A stretch of 47,013 nt of DNA, from positions 1 to 47,013 of the forward strand of contig CANQQL010000003.1 of NCBI GenBank assembly GCA_947625975.1, in the 5' to 3' direction. This document shows, one piece after another, positions 8,293-17,132 of the stretch (position 1 is its first letter; each line of letters starts with the position of its first letter). The notes under the pieces are model-generated. The model saw only the letters and a program-made list of their open reading frames with translations, was not told the DNA's origin and did no database searches. Origin of the DNA: an uncultured Bacilli bacterium. Its GTDB lineage: Bacteria > Bacillota_I > Bacilli_A > RFN20 > CAG-826. The position numbers were made by a program, and so were the translations under genes.

Positions 8293-10422
8293 ATGGAAAA
8301 AGTAATTGAAAAATGGACATCGGTTTTTTTGTTTCTACTATCTTTATTATCAGTTTTGTTTAATCGATCTTTTTCGGTTAATCCTTTTTTACTAATAGCA
8401 TTGTATTTTTCTTTTTATAAAGGGTTAAAAAGCTATTTATTAAATTTTACCTCCATGCTGATATTATCTTTTGTTATTGAAAGATCATATGCCTTAGAAA
8501 TAGCAATAATCGGGATTTCTTTTTTGTTTATTACATCATTATTTTCTTATATGTTTAGAAAACCTGAGCAGAGACTATTTCCCCTATTGCTTTTAAACTT
8601 TTTTTGTTTTTTAGGCATTATAATAATAGATTTTTCCTTAGAAAATATAGTTTTGTTGATGATTAATACTCTACTTCAGCTTGTAATTATTAAAGCTTTG
8701 GAAGAATTTTGGGATTCACTCAATAGCATCGACGTGACTTGTTCAAATGTTAATAAGGCTCTTGTCTTAATGACCTTAGCGATAATCGGGACATTTCTAG
8801 AACCAATAGGTTTATTCACAATAAGATTTGTTTTACTTTTAGTAGCGTTAAAATTAAAAGATGAAGTAGGAATTTTATCTATATTTTTATCTTGTATTTA
8901 TTGTGTTTTGTTCTTAGACTATTCCTTTTTGACTTTAACTGCATTGTTTTTACCACTTGTTTTAGTATTCGTAATTCACAAATATGAAATTTTTGTTTAT
9001 CTTATTACCACAATAATTATGTTATTGTTATCACCAACGCCAATATATTTAAATATTTCATTGTATCTAACAATTTTGACTTCGATTATTGCAATTTCGA
9101 TAAACAAAACAAAAATACAGACTTTTTCTTCGTTATTTAAGCAAAATCGCTATAACTTATCAATAAGAGAACAAAATTATCTGGCTTACACCAATGGGCA
9201 AATTGAAGCATTAAAAAACTATATTTCTTTAATTGATACAACGAAGGAAGAAGAAATAAGAGATCCTTTTGAACAAGCAATTTTAAATATTAGCACTTCA
9301 ACTTGTGCACAATGTGAGCATTATCAATTTTGTAAATTAAAGCGAGATTTGCCAACTTTTTTTGATGAAAAAGTTACCTCCGGCAATCGTAAATTAATTA
9401 TGGAAACATGTATTACACCTTATAAACTAACTATGGCAATCGAGACATATTATAAGGTATACAAAAGCGAAAAACTTTATTATGCTAAATACTTAGATGC
9501 CAATAAGAGGTATAAATATTTAGTTAAATCAATCGAATCACCGCTAAAAAATTGTGCACTTAAACTTAATTATAAATTTCAAAACAATATTGAAAGAAAA
9601 ATCCTTGAATCTAATCTCCATTATTATAAATTTTATTTGCGGGAAAATGATTTGGTTGTGGAATTTAATATCGAAAATTTTGAAGAAAATTCTCAAGCGT
9701 TTGATGAATTTGTTAAGGAAAATCTTGAAGTTAACTATCAGAAGATAATTAAGCCACAAAATATTTTAACATCTACGATTACAGTTATTTATAAAGCCAT
9801 AGAGAAAGCTAAATATGATATGGGAGTAATCTCCAAAGCTCTTGTTCCACCATATAACGGAGATAATTACTTTGTTGATAATAAAGATGACTATTTGCTG
9901 GTGTGTTTGTGTGATGGTATGGGACATGGAGAGCAAGCGGAAGAGTGCTCTAAATATCTTTTAAGTGCGATACAAACGCATTTGAAACTATCTACAGGCT
10001 TTTCGGATATGGTCAATGATTTAAATAATATCTTATTAATGAAAAACATAAATGACTGTTATTCAACAATGGATTTATTTAAGTTGAATTTATCAACTTT
10101 AAATGGTACATTTGTCAAGGCGGGAGCGTTTATCTCGTATGTTATAAGAAATAGAGATATAATTCCAATAGAAAGACACAACCTGCCGTTAGGTATTGTT
10201 ACAGATTGTACATATAAAAGTTATAATTTTCAGTTTCAAAGTGGAGATATCCTAGTGATGCTAAGTGATGGAATTGGCGAAAGAGTGGAATTAGATAATA
10301 AGGTTCTCCTTGTTTCGGATGGAACAGATATGGGGAATTATGCACGAAACATTTTTAATATTCTAAACGATGAAAAAAACTTTAATGATGACTCTACTAT
10401 TATCACAATAAAGATAATATGA
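8293..10422 (+). CDS. spoIIE: Stage II sporulation protein E-like PP2C phosphatase
   Basis: About 270 aa multi-TM N-terminus, CxxC..C motif (CAQCEHYQFC), C-terminal PP2C motifs GDNY, CDGMGHG, LSDG, DDST; synteny between divIC and tilS. Confidence 0.88.
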   Translation: MEKVIEKWTSVFLFLLSLLSVLFNRSFSVNPFLLIALYFSFYKGLKSYLLNFTSMLILSFVIERSYALEIAIIGISFLFITSLFSYMFRKPEQRLFPLLLLNFFCFLGIIIIDFSLENIVLLMINTLLQLVIIKALEEFWDSLNSIDVTCSNVNKALVLMTLAIIGTFLEPIGLFTIRFVLLLVALKLKDEVGILSIFLSCIYCVLFLDYSFLTLTALFLPLVLVFVIHKYEIFVYLITTIIMLLLSPTPIYLNISLYLTILTSIIAISINKTKIQTFSSLFKQNRYNLSIREQNYLAYTNGQIEALKNYISLIDTTKEEEIRDPFEQAILNISTSTCAQCEHYQFCKLKRDLPTFFDEKVTSGNRKLIMETCITPYKLTMAIETYYKVYKSEKLYYAKYLDANKRYKYLVKSIESPLKNCALKLNYKFQNNIERKILESNLHYYKFYLRENDLVVEFNIENFEENSQAFDEFVKENLEVNYQKIIKPQNILTSTITVIYKAIEKAKYDMGVISKALVPPYNGDNYFVDNKDDYLLVCLCDGMGHGEQAEECSKYLLSAIQTHLKLSTGFSDMVNDLNNILLMKNINDCYSTMDLFKLNLSTLNGTFVKAGAFISYVIRNRDIIPIERHNLPLGIVTDCTYKSYNFQFQSGDILVMLSDGIGERVELDNKVLLVSDGTDMGNYARNIFNILNDEKNFNDDSTIITIKII

Positions 10423-10436
10423 TATGATAAATATCG

Positions 10437-11666
10437 GTGATTATTGTGCTTAATCTGGATTGTAATAAAAAATATCTTTTAGCTTGTTCTTTTGGACCAG
10501 ATTCCATGGCACTTTTTGATATGCTCTTAAAAAATAATTTTTATTTTGAAGTGGCCCATGTAAATTACCATAAAAGAGATGCTTCAAATTATGAGCAAGA
10601 GTCTTTAGCTAAATATTGCCAGCAAAAATCGATTAAATTTTATGTTTTAAATACTGATTTATTGCCGGATCATCGAGGAAATTTTCAAGCATGGGCAAGG
10701 GATGTACGTTATAAATTTTTTGCGGATTGTGTAAAACTTAATAATTTGGATATTGTTTTAACAGCTCATCATTTGGATGACTTGTTAGAAACTTATTTAA
10801 TGCAAGAAGAAAGGAATAGTGAAAAAAGTTTTTATGGCATAAGAGACTTAACAAATATTTATGACTGCCCTGTCGCGAGACCGCTTCTCAATTATACAAA
10901 AAGTGAGTTGTTAGAATACTGTAAAAGGAATCACATACCGTATTCCATTGATATCTCTAATCTAAGTGATAACTATACAAGAAATAAAATTCGACATCGC
11001 AAAATTGAAAATATGACAAAACAAGAAAAATTGGAACTTAAAGAAAAAATCGACCATAAAAATATGGAATTAAGTCAAACGAAACAGCGTTTAAAGAATT
11101 TTATGATCGAAGATAATTTATGTTTAGATGAAATTTTTAAATTAAACGGAAACGAATGGAATATCTTACTTAATTTGTTTTTAGAAGAATCTAAGATTTC
11201 CTGTCGAATATCTAAAAAGTTCAGTAAAGAAATGTTAAAAGCCATCAAAAGTGCAAAACCTAATATTGTATTTAGACTGAATAAAACAAAAAACATAGTT
11301 AAAGATTATAATTTTTTAAAAATTACCGATAATGAAAACGTAATAAACTATAGTTATATTATGGAGGTACCAACAATACTTGAAAATGAATATTTTTTCT
11401 TAGATTTAACAGAAAATTATGAACAATTTCGTATTAAAAATTCCGATTTTCCTCTTGTTATTAGAAACCAAAAGCAAGGTGATATGAGCTATATAAACAA
11501 TATTCCAAAGAAAGTTTCTAGATTATTTATGGATTGGAAAATGCCACACGATTTACGAAAACGATGGCCACTAATTTTCAATAAAAATAATAAGCTTGTA
11601 TATATAATCCGCTACTACGGTCCGGAGTCACTAAAGGCTAACCAAAAATTTATTGTAAAAAAGTAA
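10437..11666 (+). CDS. tilS: tRNA(Ile)-lysidine synthetase
   Basis: SFGPDSMAL PP-loop variant, HVNYHKR, AHHLDD..ET, RPLL, RNKIRH; upstream of ftsH. Confidence 0.95.
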   Translation: MIIVLNLDCNKKYLLACSFGPDSMALFDMLLKNNFYFEVAHVNYHKRDASNYEQESLAKYCQQKSIKFYVLNTDLLPDHRGNFQAWARDVRYKFFADCVKLNNLDIVLTAHHLDDLLETYLMQEERNSEKSFYGIRDLTNIYDCPVARPLLNYTKSELLEYCKRNHIPYSIDISNLSDNYTRNKIRHRKIENMTKQEKLELKEKIDHKNMELSQTKQRLKNFMIEDNLCLDEIFKLNGNEWNILLNLFLEESKISCRISKKFSKEMLKAIKSAKPNIVFRLNKTKNIVKDYNFLKITDNENVINYSYIMEVPTILENEYFFLDLTENYEQFRIKNSDFPLVIRNQKQGDMSYINNIPKKVSRLFMDWKMPHDLRKRWPLIFNKNNKLVYIIRYYGPESLKANQKFIVKK

Positions 11667-11681
11667 TTGTTTATATATAAT
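11653..11681 (+). promoter_or_regulatory. sigmaA promoter for ftsH
   Basis: TTGTAA-N17-TATAAT. Confidence 0.65.
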
Positions 11682-11712
11682 ATTTTATAAGCATAAGATT
11701 TAAAGAATTAAA

Positions 11713-11737
11713 AATCTAATATTATAAATATTAGATT
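11713..11737. repeat. Perfect 11-bp inverted repeat in the ftsH leader
   Basis: AATCTAATATT-ATA-AATATTAGATT. Confidence 0.75.
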
Positions 11738-11759
11738 CGCATAAAAGGAGGTAAAAAAA

Positions 11760-13730
11760 ATGAAAAAAAACAAGAATATATTCAGTTTTATATTTCCCTA
11801 TATTTTTGTTGGTTTAGTAATCGCGATGTTAGCAGTTATCATCACTCTTAACTTATCCGGACCAACACAAATTTTTAGAGGCGATTTGTTAGATTTTGTG
11901 GAAAACAAAGAAATCATCACTTTAGTAGAAACCCCAAAAGAAACAGTTACGACCATAACCGGAACTTATAAAAATGAAGAAGGTAGAACTTTATCTTTCG
12001 AATGCAATTTTGCAAATGATGACGTTTTTATCGAAGAGCTCCATACTAAAATAGATGAGAGAACATATACAGATGATAACGGTGAAGTGCATTCATATTA
12101 TAATGGCAAATATAGTGCGGTTGATCCATATCAAACATCATGGCTAGAAAGCTGGGGACCAACAATTTTGCTAATTGTGGGAACAGGAGTAGTTTGCATA
12201 TTGATGTTTAGAGGGATGAGCAACTCTGTTAATAACTCAAATAATAAAGCTATGGAATTTAACAAATCGCGTGCTAGACTTGTTGATTCTTCAAAAGTTA
12301 GATTTTCTGATGTTGCAGGGGCAGATGAAGAAAAGGCTGAGTTAATTGAATTAGTTGATTATTTAAAAAATCCCGGAAAATATTCTGAATTTGGTGCAAA
12401 AATGCCAAAGGGTGTTTTATTAGTTGGCCCACCCGGAACAGGTAAAACGTTATTAGCAAAAGCAGTTGCTGGAGAAGCCGGTGTTCCATTTTTCTCGATT
12501 TCCGGATCGGATTTTGTAGAAATGTTTGTCGGTGTCGGAGCAGGACGTGTAAGAGATATGTTTAAAAATGCTAAAAAGAATGCTCCATGTTTAGTATTTA
12601 TTGATGAAATTGATGCAGTTGGCCGACAAAGAGGTGCTGGTATGGGTGGCGGAAATGATGAACGCGAACAAACTCTTAACCAGTTATTGGTCGAAATGGA
12701 TGGATTTTCAGATAACTCTGGCATAATTGTTATTGCTGCAACAAACCGTGATGATGTTTTAGATCCTGCATTGTTGCGTGCTGGCCGTTTTGATCGTCAA
12801 ATTACAGTTGACTTGCCAGACCGCAAAGGGCGAGAAGCTATTTTGAAAGTACATGCGCGTAATAAGAAGATTGATCCGGAAGTTAATTTTGATGATTTGG
12901 CTAAAAGAACCGTGGGATTTTCAGGCGCAGATTTAGAGAATGTTTTAAATGAAGCTGCTATTTTAGCAGTTCGTGAACATAAGAAAATTATCGGTATTAA
13001 AGAAATTGATGAGGCAATCGATCGACGTTATGTCGGTCCAGCAAAATCATCAAGAACAATGGATCCATTTGAAAAGAAAACAATTGCCTATCATGAAGCT
13101 GGTCATGCTGTAATTGGTTTATTCTTAGAATATTCGGATAAAGTGCAAAAAATTACAATTATTCCTCGTGGCAGAACCGGTGGTCATGTTCGTATGGCTC
13201 CAGAGACTGATCATTATAATTTAACTAAGAATCAACTTATTGCACGAATAGTAGGATATTTGGGTGGACGTACTTCCGAAGAGATATTCTTTAAAGATGT
13301 TTCGACAGGTGCTAGCAATGATATTGAAATGGCTACAAAGATTGCCCGTCGAATGGTAACAGAATTTGGTATGTCTCCACTTGGACCCATTCAATATGAA
13401 ACTGACACCGGTTCTGTATTCTTAGGTCGTGATTATACAAATACACAAAAGAATTTTTCGACTCAAATAGCTTATGAAATAGACACTCAAGTACGAAAGA
13501 TAATTGATGAAGCTCACATGAAGGCAAGAGAGATTCTCGAAGCACATATTGAAGATGTTAAGTTAATTGCCGAAACATTGCTAAAGCAAGAAACTATAAC
13601 TGCTGAAGAAATTACTTATTTGCTTGAACATCGTCATTTAAAGTCAGAGGAGGAAAATAATGCTCCTACTGAGACATCTGAACAAACTAAAGAAACAAAA
13701 ACAGATGAGAATGGAGAAGGAAAGGAATAA
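11760..13730 (+). CDS. ftsH: ATP-dependent zinc metalloprotease FtsH
   Basis: Two TMs, [34 protein letters not shown] zinc motif. Confidence 0.98.
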   Translation: MKKNKNIFSFIFPYIFVGLVIAMLAVIITLNLSGPTQIFRGDLLDFVENKEIITLVETPKETVTTITGTYKNEEGRTLSFECNFANDDVFIEELHTKIDERTYTDDNGEVHSYYNGKYSAVDPYQTSWLESWGPTILLIVGTGVVCILMFRGMSNSVNNSNNKAMEFNKSRARLVDSSKVRFSDVAGADEEKAELIELVDYLKNPGKYSEFGAKMPKGVLLVGPPGTGKTLLAKAVAGEAGVPFFSISGSDFVEMFVGVGAGRVRDMFKNAKKNAPCLVFIDEIDAVGRQRGAGMGGGNDEREQTLNQLLVEMDGFSDNSGIIVIAATNRDDVLDPALLRAGRFDRQITVDLPDRKGREAILKVHARNKKIDPEVNFDDLAKRTVGFSGADLENVLNEAAILAVREHKKIIGIKEIDEAIDRRYVGPAKSSRTMDPFEKKTIAYHEAGHAVIGLFLEYSDKVQKITIIPRGRTGGHVRMAPETDHYNLTKNQLIARIVGYLGGRTSEEIFFKDVSTGASNDIEMATKIARRMVTEFGMSPLGPIQYETDTGSVFLGRDYTNTQKNFSTQIAYEIDTQVRKIIDEAHMKAREILEAHIEDVKLIAETLLKQETITAEEITYLLEHRHLKSEEENNAPTETSEQTKETKTDENGEGKE

Positions 13731-13743
13731 ACCTTTCCTTTTT
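13717..13743 (+). terminator. Terminator hairpin at the ftsH end
   Basis: AAGGAAAGG-AATAAA-CCTTTCCTT followed by Ts. Confidence 0.8.
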
Positions 13744-13747
13744 AAGT

Positions 13748-14722
13748 ATGAAAATAGGAAATGTAGAAATAAGTGGAAATGTAATTTTAGCTCCAATGGC
13801 CGGTATAACTAACGTTGCTTATCGCGAATTTATGAAACCATTTGGCGCTGCTCTAACTTATACAGAAATGGTGAGTGATTGCGGGCTTATTTATGAAAAT
13901 AAAGAGACCTATAAATATTTGCAAACATCTCCTATGGAGCATCCGGTGGCAATTCAAATATTTGGTGGCAAAAAAGAGTCCTTATATCAAGCTATTAAAA
14001 TCATTGAAAGTCAAAACATAGATTACGATTTTATTGATATTAATTTGGGTTGTCCGGTTCCTAAAGTAACAAAAACAGGGGCCGGTGCAGCTTGGCTTAA
14101 AAGAAAAGACGAATTATCTGAAATGATGAAATTATTAACCAGAGTTTCGCAAAAACCAGTGATGGCTAAAATCCGAATAGGTTGGGATGATAATTCTATA
14201 AATGTTGAAGAAATTGTTACAATTCTTCAAGAGGCAGGCGTGGCATTAATAACTATTCACCCGAGAACAAGGAATCAGCTATATGCCGGAAAAGCAAACT
14301 ATGAACGTATCAAAGACATAAAACAAATAATGCGTATTCCTCTTGTTATAAGTGGCGATATCTTTACGCTTGATGATGCAATAAAAGCACAAACAATAAC
14401 AGGTGCGGAGGGGATAATGGTAGCAAGAGGGGCATTAGGAAATCCATATCTCATAAAGCAAATAGATTATTACTTTAAAACTGGGAAAAAATTAAATAAT
14501 CCCACATTACAAGATCAAATAAACTATTTAAGACTATTTGCGCATAAATTAGTGACGTTAAAGGGAGAATATACGGCAATACACGAGTTGCGTGGAATTG
14601 CACCACATTTCTTTAAAGGCTATTCAAATACTAAGAAAATTAAGCTTAAATTATCCACGGAAATAGAAACTTTTAATGACTTAGAAGAATTATTAAAAGA
14701 GATTCAATCTTCTATGCTTTAA
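13748..14722 (+). CDS. dusB: tRNA-dihydrouridine synthase
   Basis: LAPMAGIT, YTEMVS, DINLGCPVPKV, TIHPRT, GIMVARGALGNP. Confidence 0.95.
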   Translation: MKIGNVEISGNVILAPMAGITNVAYREFMKPFGAALTYTEMVSDCGLIYENKETYKYLQTSPMEHPVAIQIFGGKKESLYQAIKIIESQNIDYDFIDINLGCPVPKVTKTGAGAAWLKRKDELSEMMKLLTRVSQKPVMAKIRIGWDDNSINVEEIVTILQEAGVALITIHPRTRNQLYAGKANYERIKDIKQIMRIPLVISGDIFTLDDAIKAQTITGAEGIMVARGALGNPYLIKQIDYYFKTGKKLNNPTLQDQINYLRLFAHKLVTLKGEYTAIHELRGIAPHFFKGYSNTKKIKLKLSTEIETFNDLEELLKEIQSSML

Positions 14723-14771
14723 ATATTAAAAAAAATTTGTTAAAATGGGAAAATGTTGAGAGGTGTTAAAT

Positions 14772-16274
14772 GTGGAAGAAAAAGATTTAAATGACCAAGA
14801 ACTTGTAAGAAGACAAAAAGTCGAGAAACTTAAAGAATTAAATATAGATCCTTTTGGACAAGCTTACGATCGCAGAGATTGGTCAGACGATATTAAAAAG
14901 AAAATTAATGGCTTAACAGAAGAGCAAGTTAAAGAATTAGATTTACATGTTTCCATCGCGGGACGTATCATGTTTATTCGAAAAATGGGAAAAGCTAGTT
15001 TTTTTGCTATTCAAGATGTTAAAGGAAAACAGCAAGTTTACATAAGCATTGATACAGTAGGCGAAAGCACTTATAACCTTTTTAAATTGGCCGATGTCGG
15101 AGATATCGTTGGTGTCAAAGGTGTGGTTATGCTCACGAAAACAGGAGAACCCACTGTTAAATGTTTTTCCTACACACACTTAAGTAAGGCATTACGTCCA
15201 TTGCCTGAAAAATTTCATGGATTAACCGATAAAGAAGAACGATATCGAAGAAGATATGTTGATTTAATTATGAATGAAGAAGCTAAAAAAATAGCTTTAA
15301 TGCGCCCTAAAATTATACGAGCTATTCAAAATTATTGTGATAATTTGGGCTTTGTAGAAGTTGATACACCGGTGCTTCAACCAATTCAAGGTGGAGCCAC
15401 AGCAAGACCTTTTATAACTCATCACAATGCATTAGACAGAGACTTCTATATGCGTATTGCGACAGAATTGCCACTTAAACGCTTAATTGTGGGTGGTTTA
15501 GAGAAAGTTTATGAAATTGGACGCTTGTTTAGAAATGAAGGAATGGATTTAACGCATAATCCAGAATTTACTACCATTGAGTTATATGAAGCATATGGTG
15601 ATTTGAGTTCAATGATGAAAATAACAGAAGGAATGATAAGATATTCGGCAGAAAAAGTAGCAAACAAAATGGAATTTTTAAATATTTTTAATCCTGAAGG
15701 AGAAAAAATAGATCTTTCAAAACCTTTTAAAGTTGTTACAATGTGTGAAATGATTAAGCAAGAAACAGGTGTTGATTTTAAGGCAAATCGCTATACTTTA
15801 CAAGAAGCACGAGAACTTGCAAAAAAACATAATGTAATGGTTGAAAAACATTTTACTATCGGTCATATTATTAATGCTTTTTTTGAAATGTATTGTGAAA
15901 ATAAATTGATTCAACCAACTTTTCTATGTGGCCATCCAGTTGAAATATCACCACTTACTAAAGTTGATAGTGAAGACCCTCGATTTGTACAAAGATTTGA
16001 GCTTTACATCGGAGGCCATGAGTTTGCTAATGCCTATACTGAATTAAATGACCCAATTGAGCAAAGGAATCGCTTTATTGAACAATTAAAGGAAAGAGTT
16101 GCCGGAAATGATGAAGCAAATCAAATGGATGTTGATTTTGTTGAATCACTAGAGTATGGCATGCCACCATGTGGTGGAGTTGGTATGGGTATTGATCGCC
16201 TAGTGATGTTATTAACGGAGCAAACATCTATACGTGAAGTAATATTATTCCCTTGTATGAAACCGTTAGACTGA
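14772..16274 (+). CDS. lysS: Lysyl-tRNA synthetase (class II)
   Basis: GKASF, RYRRRYVDL, YMRIATEL, FRNEG, HNPEF, GIDRLVM; GAGGTG RBS favours GTG 14772. Confidence 0.98.
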   Translation: MEEKDLNDQELVRRQKVEKLKELNIDPFGQAYDRRDWSDDIKKKINGLTEEQVKELDLHVSIAGRIMFIRKMGKASFFAIQDVKGKQQVYISIDTVGESTYNLFKLADVGDIVGVKGVVMLTKTGEPTVKCFSYTHLSKALRPLPEKFHGLTDKEERYRRRYVDLIMNEEAKKIALMRPKIIRAIQNYCDNLGFVEVDTPVLQPIQGGATARPFITHHNALDRDFYMRIATELPLKRLIVGGLEKVYEIGRLFRNEGMDLTHNPEFTTIELYEAYGDLSSMMKITEGMIRYSAEKVANKMEFLNIFNPEGEKIDLSKPFKVVTMCEMIKQETGVDFKANRYTLQEARELAKKHNVMVEKHFTIGHIINAFFEMYCENKLIQPTFLCGHPVEISPLTKVDSEDPRFVQRFELYIGGHEFANAYTELNDPIEQRNRFIEQLKERVAGNDEANQMDVDFVESLEYGMPPCGGVGMGIDRLVMLLTEQTSIREVILFPCMKPLD

Positions 16275-16360
16275 ATATGTGCAAAAAAGCCTTAAGAAAG
16301 CAAGACTTTTCATTCATTATTTGCGAGACAAAACAGAATTTTTGGTCAACGGAGGTAAAT

Positions 16361-16837
16361 ATGAAGAAAACACTAATGAGTTTAATGCTTGTTGCAGGCA
16401 TTTTGAGTATATGCGGATGCTCGAATAACAATATTCCTAATTCTATAAATAATAAAGAAAACGAAAACATTCGTTATGCAAAATATGAAGTTTATTACAA
16501 CATTGATACCGGAAAGAAAGACCCACTTTTTAAAGGCTTAGAAATGTATGCCTGGAGTAATAATAATGAATGGTTTGGCGGTTTACTTCCTGGAACGAAC
16601 CGGCTTAAAACAATTGATGAAGTTACAGAACTTCAAAATCTTTGTTGCCCTATTAATATATTAAAAGAAATATTTGAAACATATGATGAGCAAGATCAAT
16701 ATTATTGTGGTTTATTTATTGTTTCTATTCCACCTCAAGAAGATGAACTAGACCACTCAGTAGATAACACTTATAAGTATTATGAAGATTATCTATATTT
16801 ATGTGAGTATTTTGGTATACATCCAGTCGGTAAATAA
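16361..16837 (+). CDS. Hypothetical lipoprotein
   Basis: GGAGGT RBS then MKKTLMSLMLVAGILSICGC signal peptide II with lipobox; own terminator. Confidence 0.75.
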   Translation: MKKTLMSLMLVAGILSICGCSNNNIPNSINNKENENIRYAKYEVYYNIDTGKKDPLFKGLEMYAWSNNNEWFGGLLPGTNRLKTIDEVTELQNLCCPINILKEIFETYDEQDQYYCGLFIVSIPPQEDELDHSVDNTYKYYEDYLYLCEYFGIHPVGK

Positions 16838-16851
16838 AAATATTGAGTAAT

Positions 16852-16880
16852 AAGAGGACATAACTAGCCCTCTTTTATTT
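16852..16880 (+). terminator. Terminator after the lipoprotein gene
   Basis: AAGAGG...CCTCTT followed by TTATTTT. Confidence 0.6.
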
Positions 16881-17065
16881 TGCTTAGAAATAGTTTCTAA
16901 AATCGAAAAAGAAGTAATGCTAAAATCTTAGAAAACAGTAAATTATGAGTTATTGTCTACTAAGTTTCAAGGCTAAATTTATTTTTCTTTTGTTATATAA
17001 AAGTTTACGATGCGTTTGGATGGATAGAGAAATAAGAATGAAAAATAGGATTTAAGGTGAAGTTT

Positions 17066-17095
17066 GTATAAATGAAAAGATAATGGCAAAAATTA
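17066..17095 (+). promoter_or_regulatory. sigmaF-like promoter upstream of clpC
   Basis: GTATA(17066-17070)-N15-GCAAAAATTA(17086-17095) versus consensus GYWTA-N15-GnnnAnAHTA. Confidence 0.45.
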
Positions 17096-17132
17096 AAGAG
17101 CATAAACATAAAATTATTTTAGGAGAGAAAAT

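Noticed and set aside
16838-17132. CtsR heptad repeats or CIRCE upstream of clpC (and of ftsH)
   Set aside because: No GGTCAAA-type direct repeat and no TTAGCACTC-N9-GAGTGCTAA present.
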